From NCBI RefSeq assembly GCF_004010195.1, contig NC_057718.1:44242949-44306948 (forward strand): DNA of 64,000 nucleotides, given 5' to 3'. A model generated the notes under the pieces. The model saw only the letters and a list, made by a program, of their open reading frames with translations. It did not search any database and was not told the DNA's origin. This DNA is from Chiloscyllium plagiosum. Lineage: Eukaryota. The position numbers and the translations under genes are program-made. This document shows, one piece after another, positions 27,361-40,320 of this stretch (position 1 is its first letter; each line of letters starts with the position of its first letter).

Positions 27361-28402
27361 AGAGTATGGCTTGGAGTTGCATTGAAAGCTGCCCTTGACT
27401 GACTATCCCAGGATCCTCTAAGTGAAGGCTATCCCCCTTGACTGGCTGAAGCACTCTGACAACTAATGCAGACTTTGTGTCTGTGCTCACAAAGATAGTA
27501 GTAACGTGAGCCTGGTAACTTGAACAAAGGGGAAATGCACAAAAAGGCAAGGCAGGGCAGGGATGCTGTAAGTATCCATTCAGATTCAGAGTGAGTGAAA
27601 GCTATGACAACAAGTGGAGAGCCCTGAGATGCAACCTGGTCCAGTCCATGAGCTAGTGTCCCATGAGGACACAGTGTCCTTCCTGCAGCATTACAATGTT
27701 AGTCACCGATGCAGCATGAGGTATAGCATTGAAGTGCAGAAACATCCAGTATGAGAAACTGAGATATATGTAATGGTTCATAGAGACTGGCACATGTCAG
27801 GTGCATCTGGCTGATACCCATGGAGCATGCCCCAAAACATTAGTGCCTGGTATTCAACATGGATGTTTTTTGGAGCAAGCAAAGAGTTAAACCCACTGAG
27901 AATCCACACGGGTTTCCACATTGAGTTTACCCAACAGCTAGTTTGTATGGCAAATTTGGTAAGATTGTAGCCCATAGTGGATCGGACGTTTAAACCAAAT
28001 GTTTAATAAGCAATCAGCATCAATGAGGCATTTGTTGCTGGCTAGCTAAAATCTCACTATATTGCTTGAGAAAAGTGTATAAGTGCAACAAGGTGACCTC
28101 CATGCAGACATGGGCCTCATTGGACATCTCACCACATTCTAAAACTCACCTCACTACTACGCACGTCACTGCAAGCCTGAGAAGATTTCATCCTTTGTAT
28201 TAGATATACAATGTGGAAAGCTTGTTTGTCCTCTGAATGGGAGTTATTCCACTTTGGGTATCTACTTGGCTCTTTGTTGTGGTGAAATCCTTGTATCAGC
28301 TGTTGTTTTTACAGGTCTCAGGCTCATGCTGTTGCCATCCTCCTGTGTCTATCTTCTGTTTGGTTCAGCCCTGTTTTAGCCTCTGGCTGCACTTCTTCTG
28401 TA

Positions 28403-28455
28403 CTTTCAGCATCTTCTATCGTGTTCCTTTCAGCATCTTCTATCGTGTTCCTTTC
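28403..28455. repeat. 24-bp tandem duplication CTTTCAGCATCTTCTATCGTGTTC
   Basis: Two exact copies followed by degenerate partial units. Confidence 0.85.
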
Positions 28456-28816
28456 TATCTTCTATTGTGTTCCTTTCTATCTTTTAAGTTGAAGCATGTT
28501 TTAGGGCTCTGCACTGTTCTTGAATGAAGACCTTTTTTATCGCTTTAATTTCAGTTCATTTTTTCTTTATTCAGTGCAGGGTTGATGTCTGATAGTTGTT
28601 CAAATTTGAAACAGCCTTTGAACAGGGTGGGTTCAATTATCTGATTGCCTGGTCAATCCCAGCCAACCCAGAGATACCAAAGTTTATAAAGAAATCTTAT
28701 TTTCTTGTGTGTTCCATAATATGGAAACTTCTGTTTTCTTGTTATATTTTGTTTGCTGCTGCTCCTCTTGACCTTCAAGATTGTGAGGTTGGTTTCTTCT
28801 GATTCTGATAAAAAAA

Positions 28817-29035
28817 ATCCCAGCTGTGCACCATGTAATAATATTCTTCCTTTATCTGAACGTAACATGTGAGTTGTGTGGATTCAGATTACTTGCAGAT
28901 CTCTAGTAGATCCATTTACAGCTAAACTGATAAATAAAATACAGATTAATTTCCCGTGCCTCGAGTGCTACTGGGCATATAGCTTTGTGCCCTGTGTCAT
29001 GTGATAACATCTGGAAACTTGGCCTATTTGCATAT
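28817..29035 (-). mobile_element. Putative 5' LTR end and primer-binding site of the Gypsy remnant
   Basis: Minus strand reads ...TTACA-TGGTGCACAGCTGGGAT (PBS-like). GTCATGTGATAACATCTGGA...TATTTGCAT occurs at 28996 and at 24536, flanking pol as a direct repeat. Confidence 0.5.
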
Positions 29036-29449
29036 GGGGCTCTCAAAAAGGACATGATACCAAAGATGACAATCCGAGTGGTGAGGTTGCAGAAATCATG
29101 GAAGAAGTGCATATTTGCAAGGTTAGTTGTTGGTACAGGAAAACCTAGCCCTGCTCTTCCTGGCTTATGAAGACACTGTAGAGACATTTACTTTATAGGG
29201 ATAGCTCTTCTCACATCCTTTTCTAACCTGTCAATAAAAATCTGACTGACATGATGTAAAAATACAGCTTATTCAGATGGATGCACGTACAGTCTCTCAA
29301 GATTTTAATAACCAGTATGCTTCCTGAGAGAAAATTGGTCCCCCAGACTTCATCCTCTTTCCATTAAAACAGTGTATGGGTAACGTTGGGGGTGTAATTT
29401 GGAAACTTATGAAGAAATGGTCATTTGACATTATGCAGCTTAATTCCTA

Positions 29450-29738
29450 ACTCGATGTAGACTCCATCTACCACCCCCTGAGAAAAGGAACAGGAATTGA
29501 CTTCACCACAGGAAATGACTTCACCACAGGAAATAACATCACCACAGGAAATGACATCACCTCCCAAAGAAACCCAAACATATAAATAGAAATCAGGAAT
29601 TTTCAGCATTGTTTTGTGTGAGGTCCACTGACAATGTTACCTAGTAAGGTAATGAAACGTCTGGAAATTAACCTTTCAGCTCAGCGAGCAAACCTACATC
29701 CAAAACCTCAACCTGAGCTACAAATCTTCTGAAAACTC
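29450..29738 (+). mobile_element. Poseidon-type PLE 3' end/pLTR with 4 x 18-bp internal tandem repeat and decayed hammerhead
   Basis: CAGGAAATGACATCACCA-like x4 at 29491-29562; CTGACAATGTTACCTAGTAAGGTAATGAAACGTC at 29628-29661. The terminus CTGAGCTACAAATCTTC matches the reverse complement of ~4706-4722. Confidence 0.8.
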
Positions 29739-32700
29739 ACTAATACTTTAAACTGTCCATATGTTTTCTGTCTCATTCAGAAATGCTGTAAGAGCGGCTA
29801 CTTTGGGAAATTAAAAATAACACACTAGTGCAGAGGGATTGGAGTCATGGTGCATTGTTGGCAGGTGGTGGAAGGAGCACTATCTTGCATTTGGCTGGCC
29901 TTAGCTATATTGCGAATGGTCTCACGTTGCAGAATCCTCAGTAATCCTAAAACCAGTTTGAATAGCAATCATTTGCAAACAGAACCAACACATATAGGTA
30001 ACTCTGACTTTCCAGTTCGTGCCTTTTATCATACAGCCAGTGGCAACCGTACATTTAATTATAGCCTTTTACAAGAATTGTAGAGGATCTTAGTAATTGT
30101 TCCATTATTAAAATTAAAATTTGGTTTTCTGATTTAAAGTGGTTTTATCACTAAGATTTACATATTTTTGTTAATAAATTGTTGGAAAAAAAACAAAGTT
30201 TTATTCAGGAATGGTGAACCCAATGTTCTGATGTCAGAAAAAGAATTTATTATGAATTTACTTCAATGATCCATATGTCAATAGTTTGGCCACCTAATTT
30301 CTGCTACACAAGTACTAAAATCAGTCAGTAAGTAAATTCAATTTTTCTCAGAAACTTTCAGACGAACATTTTTTATCACGGTGTGAATCATATTAACATA
30401 ATTTTATGATGCAGCCAAATAAAATTAAATGTGTCATTAAGTATTGCAGGAATATTTATACAATTTCTTGCGACTTGACAAATACGTGCTTCCACTGACT
30501 TAGCAGTGGCTAAAAGTCTGCTCTTTCAGCCATGGTCAGAAAGTTTTTGAAGGAGGAAGGATAATCACTTATTGCTTGGATGAAGAGCTAGATAGTGAGG
30601 TATAAATGAACTGCAACCTGTCAGAATGAATCAAATGCAACAACAAAAACAAGAAAAAAAAGAATTGCTTTCAGACATAGAAATGAATTGAAATGATGTA
30701 TATGTTGACAAGATGGTTTGCTTTTCAGTCAATGGAATTAGAAAGTCACTCATTCATGGCTCTTGTCCAAGAGAAATTTTCCCTGCCCTGCCCTGCAGTT
30801 AGTAAGCATTTTTGTGTGGCTTAATTATTAATTACTCATGTATTTATTACTAAGAATAATAGAGAGAATAGCTGTTGGATACGTGCCCATTTTGTGTTTT
30901 TTTTAAAGTTGTCTTTGAATTTCTGTAGGATTATATGCTAGACCCTCTAAATGTGGTTTATTTAGTATCCCACAAGTGTTCCCTTTAGAAATGCCCTTGG
31001 CAATAATTATACAAAATACATGAGAAAAAAGGAAATGTAAGTTGATTTTTGTCTCCCACAGGAAATGTTGTAAACTATATAATTGCTGAGTCGATTTATG
31101 CTCTCTCCTCCATCTGCTACAGACTCGTGAGTTTGCATTAGAATTTGAATTAAGTATGTGGAACAATTATACTCAAAGCCGAAATTCTGCAACTATTTCA
31201 ATACTGAGGGGTAGAAATTGGATCTCATTCCAACCTTGTTACAAGTACAATGAGGGCCAGTTTTAGGACCAGTGTCCCACACATAAAGGATACCACAAGG
31301 ATCTGTGAACCTCTATTCAATCCAGTGTATTCCCAAGCCTCTTAGCAGTTCCCTAGGAATGTGATTAAGTGGCTTAACACCTGTTTTTGGCCTTTGTTTC
31401 CCAGTATCAGAGCTGTTCTGCACTGAATTCATAATTAGTTGCCTAGCATCAACAACCAAAAGGCTGTACTGTATTTTCCCAGTTCCTTTGAGCTGCAGTT
31501 AACAGTCACACCCTTCCCAAACACACTGTTGTTGCACCTTCAAGTCACTGCTAGCTATATAAGTGGCCTGACAGTTGTTTTTCCAAAAAGTACTGACAGT
31601 GGCAAGCTGCCTTCTTGAATTGCTGCAGTCCATGTGCAGTCCTCAATGCCAATAGGTGGAGGGATTTCCAGGATTGTGACCCAATGACACTGAAGGCGTG
31701 GTGGCACATTTCTAAGTCTAGATGGCGAGTAACTTGGAAGGGAACATGCAGCTAGTACTGTTCCCATGTATCTGCTAACTTTGTGCTTCCAGGTGATGTT
31801 GAAGGAGCTTTGGTGAATTATCTACAAGTGTATCATGTAGATAACACACACCGCGGCTCTTAAGCGTCCTTGGAGGGTTGACTGAATATTTGTTGATGTA
31901 GTGCCAATCAAACTGGCTACTTTGTCCTGGATAAATGCACTTATCCAGGCAAGTGGACAGCATTTCATCATACTTCTGGCCTTGCCTTCTGGATGGTGGA
32001 CAGGTCTTGGAGAGTCAGGATGTGAGTTACTCACTGCAGTGTTCATATTTTGACCAGCTCCTTTGTAGTCACCATATTTATATGGCAAGTCCAACTCAGG
32101 TTCTGTAAACTGTTTTAAAAGGACAATAGTCCATTCTAGTCAAGACAGACATTTTCTAATTAATACCACTGTGGGAACAACATCTTCAAGGAACCTAACA
32201 GTTGAAGGAATCTGTTGTATAAGGACTTGAGGACCATGGAGCAAGCTTGTGATAATGTCTCAGAGCTGTTCCTCACAGGGTATAAATAGAGCATTGTGGG
32301 GGGAATTAAGAAAAAGGAAAAGAGAGTAGAAGAGAGAAACAAAAACAGAACTAGGCTGAAGCTGGAGGTCCAGCCACGTGAATGTGAGAAACATGCAGAG
32401 TAACGTGTGGAGCAAAACAACAAGCATTAGGCTGTAGAGTTTATCGAGTAGTCCTTCAATGGTGAAACAGTGAGATTACAGTCTGATACATCAACAAATA
32501 CAATGGATTGTAGTATTTACTCTTATTATATGACAAGCAGTGTCATATACTTTAAGTTTCTAAAATTCTAAATACTTTACCTTCTGTTCAGCTATGCTGT
32601 CAAACTCATGGATCTGAGCACAATACCACACAAAACAGAAACCGCCATCTTTTTGAGTTTCTAAGGCTGAGAAAAGCTGAGAACCAAGCAGTTGTCCTTT

Positions 32701-34087
32701 AAAATTCTACAATCCTTTTCCTGAGAAGCTTAATAGTCAATGAATTTTCTACATTCTGGAGGCAAACAGGTGTAATCACATCAACACAGAGTAAAGGAAT
32801 GGATGATACTTCAAAATTCATCATGTATATGTAACACAGCTGATAACAGAACATTAAGAGAATCCCAGCACTAAGAAGCTAACTAAAGTTCAACTCTCCA
32901 AAGACACTAAGGAGAAAACATTAACATAAAAGGAGTGGTATTCCTATATTGGTGTTGTAGTGTTCAATATGAGATTATTCAAATTTTATGGATTTTATAT
33001 TAAAGAACACTAACTGCACTGAAACAAAAATGGTTAAAATCACTTTGAGATATTTTGGAAATGTTATTTACAGGAAAATATTTATCATTTTTTTCCCATT
33101 GCCTAATATTTTCGATTTGGCAATGTACTGGACTTCAAACTGGACGCAGTTAACTGGAACATAATTAGGAACAGCTCTCAGGAAGCAGTTTGTTTCAGCA
33201 TAGTACACCATTGAGATAGCACCAACACACTTGCCTTGTATACTTATGGGCTCAATAAAAAATATTAAATAAAATTGAGATGTTATTTTGTAACACTCTA
33301 GGCAATGACTTTCAGTGACATTTACAGCAAATATATTAAATTCTCGATTTGTAATGCACAACCACATTGTGCAATGTCAAACTTTAACATTCCTTCATTG
33401 AAGGAGTACATAGATGTTCCCTATCTCCTGTCCTGTCTGCCATGGACAGCCAAGAACCCATCCCACATCACAGAATGTGTTTTGGAATGAACGACTAAAC
33501 AAAAATGTCACTGCATTCTACTAAGGTATATGTAATCATTGCAATAATCTCATTCTCCAAGATCTTTCTTAACAAAATAATAATAAAATTGGGGTGGGAT
33601 GTGAAATGCAGCAGTGAATACTTGAAATGAACAATCTACCTATAGAACTGAAATATCAAAGAACTTAGGTGATTCTGACATAAGGCTTTCTAATTTATTC
33701 ATCTCATCTAGTTAAGATGGGCGATTTTTGATGATCTGATTTTTTTTAAAACAGTGACCACCGATTCTAGATTCTCTCATAAAAGTAAACATCCTCACTG
33801 CATCTGCCTTGTTAAGACCCCTCAATCTTATATATTATAATCAATTCCCTCTTGCTCTAAATTACAATGGATACAAACCTAACAATTCAATCTTCATAAG
33901 GCAATCCATCCCCCATACACGTTCCAGATATTAGTCGAGTAAACCTTCTCTGAACTGCCTCCACAGCATTGACGTCCTTTCTGAAATAAGAAGGCCAATA
34001 CTGTGCACAGTACTCCAAATGCAGTCTGACCAGTGCCTTGTATAAGTGGACCATAACCTCCCTACTGTTATATTAAATTTCCCTTGC

Positions 34088-35769
34088 AAGGAGGGAATCC
34101 TGAGGGACAGGATGTACATGTATTTGGAAAGGCAGGACAGATTAGGGATAGTCAACATGACTTTGTGCATGGGAAATCATGTCTCACAAACTTGATTGAG
34201 TTTTTTGAAGAAGTAACAAAGAGGATTGATGAGGGCAGAGCAGTAGATGTGATCTATATGGACTTCAGTAAGGCGTTCGACAAGATTCCCCATGGGAGAC
34301 TGGTTAGCAAGGTTAGATCTCCCAGAATACAGGGAGAACTAGCCATTTGAATACAGAACTGGCTCAAAGGTAGAAGACAGAGGGTGGTGGTGGAGGGTTT
34401 TTTTCAGACTGGAGGTCTGTGGCCAGTGGACTGCCACAAGGATTGGTGCTGGGTCCTCTACTTTTTGTCATTTACATAAATTATTTAGATGCGAGCATAA
34501 GAGGTACAGTTAGTAAGTTTGCAGATGGCGGCATGGTGGCACAGTGGTTAGCACTGCTGCCTCACAGTGCCAGAGAGACCCGGGTTCAATTCCCGCCTCA
34601 GGCGACTGGCTGTGTGGAGTTTGCACATTCTCCCCGTGTCTGCGTGGGTTTCCTCCGGGTGCTCCGGTTTCCTCCCACAGTCCAAAGATGTGCAGGTCAG
34701 GTGAATTGGCCATGCTAAATTGCCCATAGTGTTAGGTAAGGGGTAGGTGTGTAGGGGTATGCGTGGGTTGCGGTTCGTCAGGGTGGTGTGGACTTGTTGG
34801 GCCGAAGGGCCTGTTTCCACACTGTAAGTAATCTAATCTAATCTAATCTAAATCTAATCATGACACCAAAATTGGAGGTATAGTGGACAGTGAAGAAGGT
34901 TACCTCAGATTACAACAGGATCTTGACCAGATGGGCCAATGGTCTGAGAAGTGGAAGATGGAGTTTAATTCAAATAAATGCAAGGTGCTGCACTTTGGGA
35001 AAGCAAATCTTAGCAGGACTTATACACTTAATGGTAAAGTCCTAGGGAGTGTTGCTGAACAAAGAGACCTTGGAGTGCAGGTTCATAGCTCCTTGAAAGT
35101 GAAGTCGCAGGTAGATAGGTTAGTGAAGAAGGTGTTCGGTATGCTTTCTTTTATTGGTCAGAGCATTGAGTACAGGAGTTGGGAGGTCATGTTGTGGATG
35201 TATAGGATATTGGTTAGGCCACTGTTGGAATATTGTGTGCAAGTCTGGTCTCCTTCCTGTCGGAAAGATTTTGTGAAATTTGAAAGGGTTCAGAAAATGT
35301 TTACAAGGACGTTGCCAGGGTTGGAGGATTTGAGCTACAGGGAGAAGCTGAATAGGCTGGAGCTGTTTTCCCTGGAGCATCAGAGGCTGAGGGGTGACCT
35401 TATACAGGTTTACAAAATTATGAGGGGCATGAATAGGAGAAATAGACAAAGTCTTTTCCCTGGGGTCGGGGAGTCCAGAACTAGAGGGCGTAGATTTAGG
35501 GTGAGAGGAGAAAGATATAAAAGAGACCTAAGGGGCAATGTTTTCACACAGAGGGTGGTATGTGTATAGAATGAGCTGCTAGAGGAAATGGTGGAGGCTG
35601 GTACAATTGCAACATTTGAGGCATTTGGATGGGTATATGTAGAGGAAGGGTTTGGAGAGATATGGGCTGGTTGCTGGCAGGTGGGACTAGATTGGGTTGG
35701 GATATCTGTCCGGCATGGATGGGTTGGACCGAAGGGTCTGTTTCCGTGCTGTACATCTCTATGACTCTA
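34088..35769 (+). mobile_element. 5'-truncated young CR1 LINE (HER1-like), RT region
   Basis: SQHDFVHGKSCLTNLIEFFEEVT...MDFSKAFDKIPH; GLPQGLVLGPLLFVIYIN...SKFAD; 228-aa ORF 34883..35569; tail CTCTATGACTCTAT. Confidence 0.95.
34527..34859 (+). mobile_element. HE1-type V-SINE inserted in the FADD catalytic motif of the CR1
   Basis: tRNA head GGCGGCATGGTGGCACAGTGGTTAGCACTG; B box GGGTTCAATTCCC; V domain GTGTGGAGTTTGCACATTCTCCCCGTGTCTGCGTGGGTTTCCTCCGGGTGCTCCGG; CR1-like tail GGGCCGAAGGGCCTGTTTCC; (TCTAA)n. Confidence 0.93.
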
Positions 35770-38199
35770 TTAGTTTTCATAATTACTTGTTGTATTGCTA
35801 ACAAACTTTTTGTGATTCTTGGTCAAGCCAACCCAAATCTCTGCACATTAGACATCTTACTATTTAGAAAATATGCTTTTTTATTCTTCTCATCAAAGTC
35901 AACAATTTCAAATTTGACACATCATACTTCATTTGCCACATATTCACCTAGTTACTTAATCTACTTATAACATTTTATATCCTCCTTATGTCTTCTTCAC
36001 AACTCAATTTTCTACATATCTTTACGTCGTTAGCAAATTTGGCAACCAAACCTTCAATCTCTTAATCAAACTCAATGACATAACTTTAAAACCATTGAAG
36101 TACCAGTACTGACCATTGTGATGCACTTGCTAATTTGCCTCCATCCAATTTCTTCAAGATATGTTGAGTTAAAATAACCTTCATTACTAGTGCACAGCAC
36201 TTTTTCTCTTAACCTGCTATGATATATTCTAGAAACAAGCAAAATATTTCAACTCCTAAGCCAAATACTCCTCATATTCCAAGTAAAATAATTCTAAGAT
36301 GTTGTTATCCATCACTATCAAGCAATAAAATTATAAGGTTGCTTCATAATGTCAATGTGTGTTTCTGTGTTCTTGAGAACTAAATGCAAAATAGAAGTCC
36401 TCCTTTACCATCAGCAGTTATTATTCTCCTGAGCATTCGCCCTTCTGCAATAGTGGGTAGTTAATTTGCCCTACTTACATCTTTCAGAAATTGGCCCAGA
36501 GGTGTGTTTGAGACATGCTGCAGCATATGTGAGTGAATTGTCAGCTTTTATCTATTTATCCCGCGTATCCAGTTTGAAATGAATACAAAACAGATGTTTG
36601 TATCTTCATGTAGAAAAATAGGAACAGAAAGATGGCAAATACAATTTAGCTTTTTTTTTTAACTGCTTTTCAATTTCATCCCATTTCCTACTCTTTTCCT
36701 TAAACCTCTAATTCCTTGCTGAGAAACAACTCCACAAGGGTTTGAAGATATGGCTGCTTGTAAAATGCAGCATGTGACTTGTTCACCATATATGCACCTA
36801 TTCTGATTCTATCTCCCATTTTGCTGCGCTGATTGAGGATTTGACCATCTTGTCTGACCTTAAGCTCCTGAATTGTCCTTAAGTGGTCAATTAATGCTGG
36901 GGGATGGAGAGCAGCAGCTTCAGTCATGCACTGTGAGGTTGGTCAAGATTTTCAGGAGACCGTCTAGTGTGGAAATTCCTTGACAGATCCCCTGTGCCTT
37001 TTTCAGAGGAAACCCTCATCAAGGTTGTAACCAACTGTGATGAAACGTATTTAATATATGTAAAACAAAAATCCAGTTTGGATCTTGAAATAGTAGGATA
37101 AAGGTGTTGCTTACTTTTATGAAGGGTTTTTAAAATAAATAAAATCTGCATCAGACTATTCTTCTGGAATAGTGACCTAATCCAGCATGTGTCAGAGAGC
37201 AGTGAATCCCTGGAATGTTCATGGAAAATTATTTGTCTTGTAGGGGTTTATGACCACTAGGGTAAACATTGAAAGATATTCAATTGTATTCAGTTTACAA
37301 TGATCAAGGATTGATATTTGCCTTAGAAAACCCTAAGACTGAAGATTCTTAGGCCAGTATGGAGGACACCTGACTCGGGTCAGAGCGTGTATAGCTTCAT
37401 TCCTGGTAAGTGCAATTAAGGTAATAAGATACCTCAGCAGAAAAATTTGGGTTGTGCAACTTCCAGACTACAGTATTTTTTAAAATTTGCAGGTTCTTAG
37501 AACCTGAGCTCTCAATCTTATGAGTATTCATGTAAGCAGATTCCATAGTCCACAGGACAGAATAGAAAGAGAATCAGTTCAGTCAAACTTAAAGTTTTGA
37601 TCTAGAGGTATCATTTATCTGGATTAGCATTATTGTAAAGTGATCAATTTAGGGAAAAAAAGTTGAAGCTTTCTTATGCTTGTTAGTTTAATACTTTACT
37701 AATTGTGTTCTATATGTAAGTACATTGGTGTTGTTGTTCTTTGTTTTTATCTGTAGTGCAATCAACTTCTGTTCTGTTCTTGAAGAAATTTGCAACTTCA
37801 TGTGGTGTAATTTCAGTGAGGGACCATCACATTAACTAAAACAGTAAAAAAAATCTCTCAGACCAGGTTTCATTCTGGGATCTAACCTGTCCAATAGTAA
37901 AAGCAGCTGGGGTTCACAACATACTCCCTTAACTCATATCCTCTCAAAGCTGAACCACCAATGCCCTCACTTCCCTTGCTCAGGCTTTTCAGCCCACAAT
38001 ATTCGAAACATACCACCAGACCATCCTTCATCAACTCCTTTTCATTTAGGGACTGTCACTTATCCAAATAGTGAGGTAAACTAGCACAAGGGGGAAATGA
38101 CCAGAGCTGGTCCAAACTGGTCTTGTTAATTCCATTTCTTTTGCTTGATCCTCTATTTCCTTTGTTCCTTCTGTAACTGAGCTTTCATATTAGCTAATT

Positions 38200-38436
38200 A
38201 AAAACGGAAAGAAACAGAGATGCTATAAACCAGAAACGAAAACAGAAGTTGCTGGAAAAGCTCAGCAGGTCTGGCAGCATCTGTGAACAGAAATCAAAGT
38301 TAACGTTTCAGATCAGGTGACCCTTCCTCAGAAGGGTTCTGTGGAAAGGTCACTGGACTCTAAATGTTAACTTTGATTTCTGTTCACAGATGCTGCCAGA
38401 CCTGCTGAGCTTTTCCAGCAACTTCTGTCTTTGCTT
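38200..38436. mobile_element. Palindromic PLE pLTR element with a perfect 63-bp inverted repeat
   Basis: 38242-38304 is the exact reverse complement of 38366-38428. Minus-strand hammerhead-like CTGAGGAAGGGTCACCTGATCTGAAACGTTA. Confidence 0.85.
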
Positions 38437-39226
38437 CCAAAATAGCTTCCAGTTTCAATATGAGCTGATCACAAGGACTGAGCTTCGAAATGTGATAACC
38501 CCTGAAAATGGACACATGGAAGGCAAAACATGATTAATGTAGGACTTTGGAGCAGGAGTATCCATTTGGAACTTTGAACCTGGCCCCTATTCAATCATGG
38601 CTGATCTTGTTGCAATCTCATCGCTACCTTCTACTTCTGATCTTCTTCAACAAAAATACATCCACTATGAATAACCCCCTGAGAGAAAAAAGAATCTCTT
38701 CATTTTAGTCCTAAAACATTTGGAAGCATGAAGTCCTGTGATTCAGCACCAACCACCAACATTCCCAAAAAAGGCCTTGATCTCAGTCCCTCCTACAGGG
38801 ATTCTGAACTCACCAGCAAGATCTCTTATACTTCCCCAGTTCTCTCATCTTTCATATTGGGTCTCCATTTATCCCACACCCCAGTCTCTGGTTCTCCATT
38901 CTCCACAAACCTCTCTCCTTGGCCCCTGAATGTCTCCTTTCCACAGGTCTCCTCTCACACCTCTGTTTCCAAAAAGGGCTCCAATTCTTCCCTTTCCCTC
39001 AATCCCCCACAAATCTTCAATATCACATGTATCTAAGACCTCAAGATCAGAAGTCATTCTGATCAACCCACTTCTCTAATCAAAGCTCCCCTGTCACATC
39101 ATTCCCTAATTCCTTTCCCCAGTGTAGAGTTTAACACCTATCCTTCATTAACTGACTTCTCATCTAATTGGAGGTCATTGCTTTCAGATCTTCCCTCTCC
39201 CGAGGCTTGGGTACATAAAAATGCAG

Positions 39227-39437
39227 AGCTGAAAATGTGTTGCTGGAAAAGCGCAGCAGGTCAGGCAGCATCCAGGGAACAGGAGAATTGACGTTTCGGG
39301 CATAAGCCCTTCTTCAGGAAGGGCTTATGCCCGAAACGTCGATTCTCCTTTTCCCTGGATGCTGCCTGACCTGCTGCGCTTTTCCAGCAACACATTTTCA
39401 GCTCTGATCTCCAGCATCTGCAGTCCTCACTTTCTCC
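39227..39437 (+). mobile_element. Young palindromic PLE pLTR mini-element with 15-bp TSD
   Basis: About 85-bp near-perfect inverted arms. TSD TACATAAAAATGCAG at 39212-39226 and 39438-39452. Confidence 0.93.
39290..39317 (-). ncRNA. Minimal hammerhead ribozyme core
   Basis: Minus strand CTGAAGA-AGGGC-TTAT-GCCC-GAAAC-GTC. Confidence 0.75.
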
Positions 39438-40219
39438 TACATAAAAATGCAGCCTATCTTTCTTCACTGAGGTTCAGGCCAGAACTTAATACCTTAGGTA
39501 GATATGACACTGAACAGTATTGTACAATTATTGCAATAGGCAATAAAAATTGCTCAACAACAAACCAGAGAGTAGTTGATAAACACTTCGTGCCGGTAGA
39601 GTGCACATTGCAGCAACTTGTGATTAAAATGTGGCTTTAACTTTTGACTTGAGCTCTCAAAAGACAGTGAAAACTTCAAGTCCATGCGGTATACTAAGTA
39701 ATGACATATTCTACCTGTCATACTTCCAACAGGGACTAACTATTGTTCAGACACTTGTGGTACCCAGAAAACAAGCACCAAGTATCTGAATTTTGCAGTC
39801 TTGAAGTATTCCCTCTCACCCTTTCTTCACAGATGCAGTCTGCACCATTGGCATTTCCGCCAAATTTTATTTTCACATCAGATTCCCAGAATCGGTTCCT
39901 GGAGTTATTTCTATCAGACAACTATGACTCATGATCTTCTCCCTTGCCCAGTGGCACTACTATCAGTTGCCATTTCTTCACCACAGTTTTAGGTGATTCT
40001 GTATTGGCTTAGCACAAAAACAATGTTTCTGAGGCAGAATTTTAGGTATGGTGGGGACGTTTCCCATCTTATCACTCAAATATTTAGAGAAGAATGCATC
40101 CCAATTGCCTCACTGCTATTTAAAACTCTGAGGAACACAGTTGGCTGGAGGCAGGATGATTGCCTCACACTCACGTGGAAGTTTTGCCCCAGAGAGCCAC
40201 TAGCCAACATGCTTAGCTG

Positions 40220-40320
40220 ACACAAACAGAAATTGCTGGAGAAACTTAAAAGGTCTGATAACATCTGTGGAGAAAAGTCCGAGTTAGTGTTTCTAGTCTG
40301 GTGGCTCTTTTTCTGAACAG
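40220..40320 (-). mobile_element. Old PLE pLTR fragment
   Basis: AAACAGAAATTGCTGGAGAAACTTAAAAGGTCTGATAACATCTGTGGAGA matches the pLTR family at 38242 and 23420. A similar fragment lies at ~45435-45560. Confidence 0.6.

Larger units (their letters stand above)
33750..36120 (-). mobile_element. Old CR1 LINE (33750-34083 plus ~35770-36120) hosting a younger CR1
   Basis: Minus ORF 33931..34170 and flanks resemble frameshifted CR1 ORF2 (ACTGTGCACAGTACTCCAAATGCAGTCTGACCAGTGCCTTGTA). Continues after the insert (CGTCGTTAGCAAATTTGG = KFAND). Confidence 0.65.

Noticed and set aside
29491..29562. Regular 18-bp repeats (also 61960-62019) as a CRISPR-like array
   Set aside because: Head-to-tail tandem units without spacers, in a eukaryotic genome.
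34527..34600. tRNA gene
   Set aside because: It is the tRNA-derived head of an HE1 SINE and continues into the V domain and LINE tail.
34883..35569. 228-aa and 227-aa (58678..59361) ORFs as host genes or active LINEs
   Set aside because: 5'-truncated CR1 ORF2 fragments lacking the endonuclease, with stops or frameshifts nearby.
37030..37921. Possible solo LTR (TGT...AACA ends); similar impressions near 1510-2780 and 9170-9660
   Set aside because: No TSD, PBS or second copy could be verified by eye.
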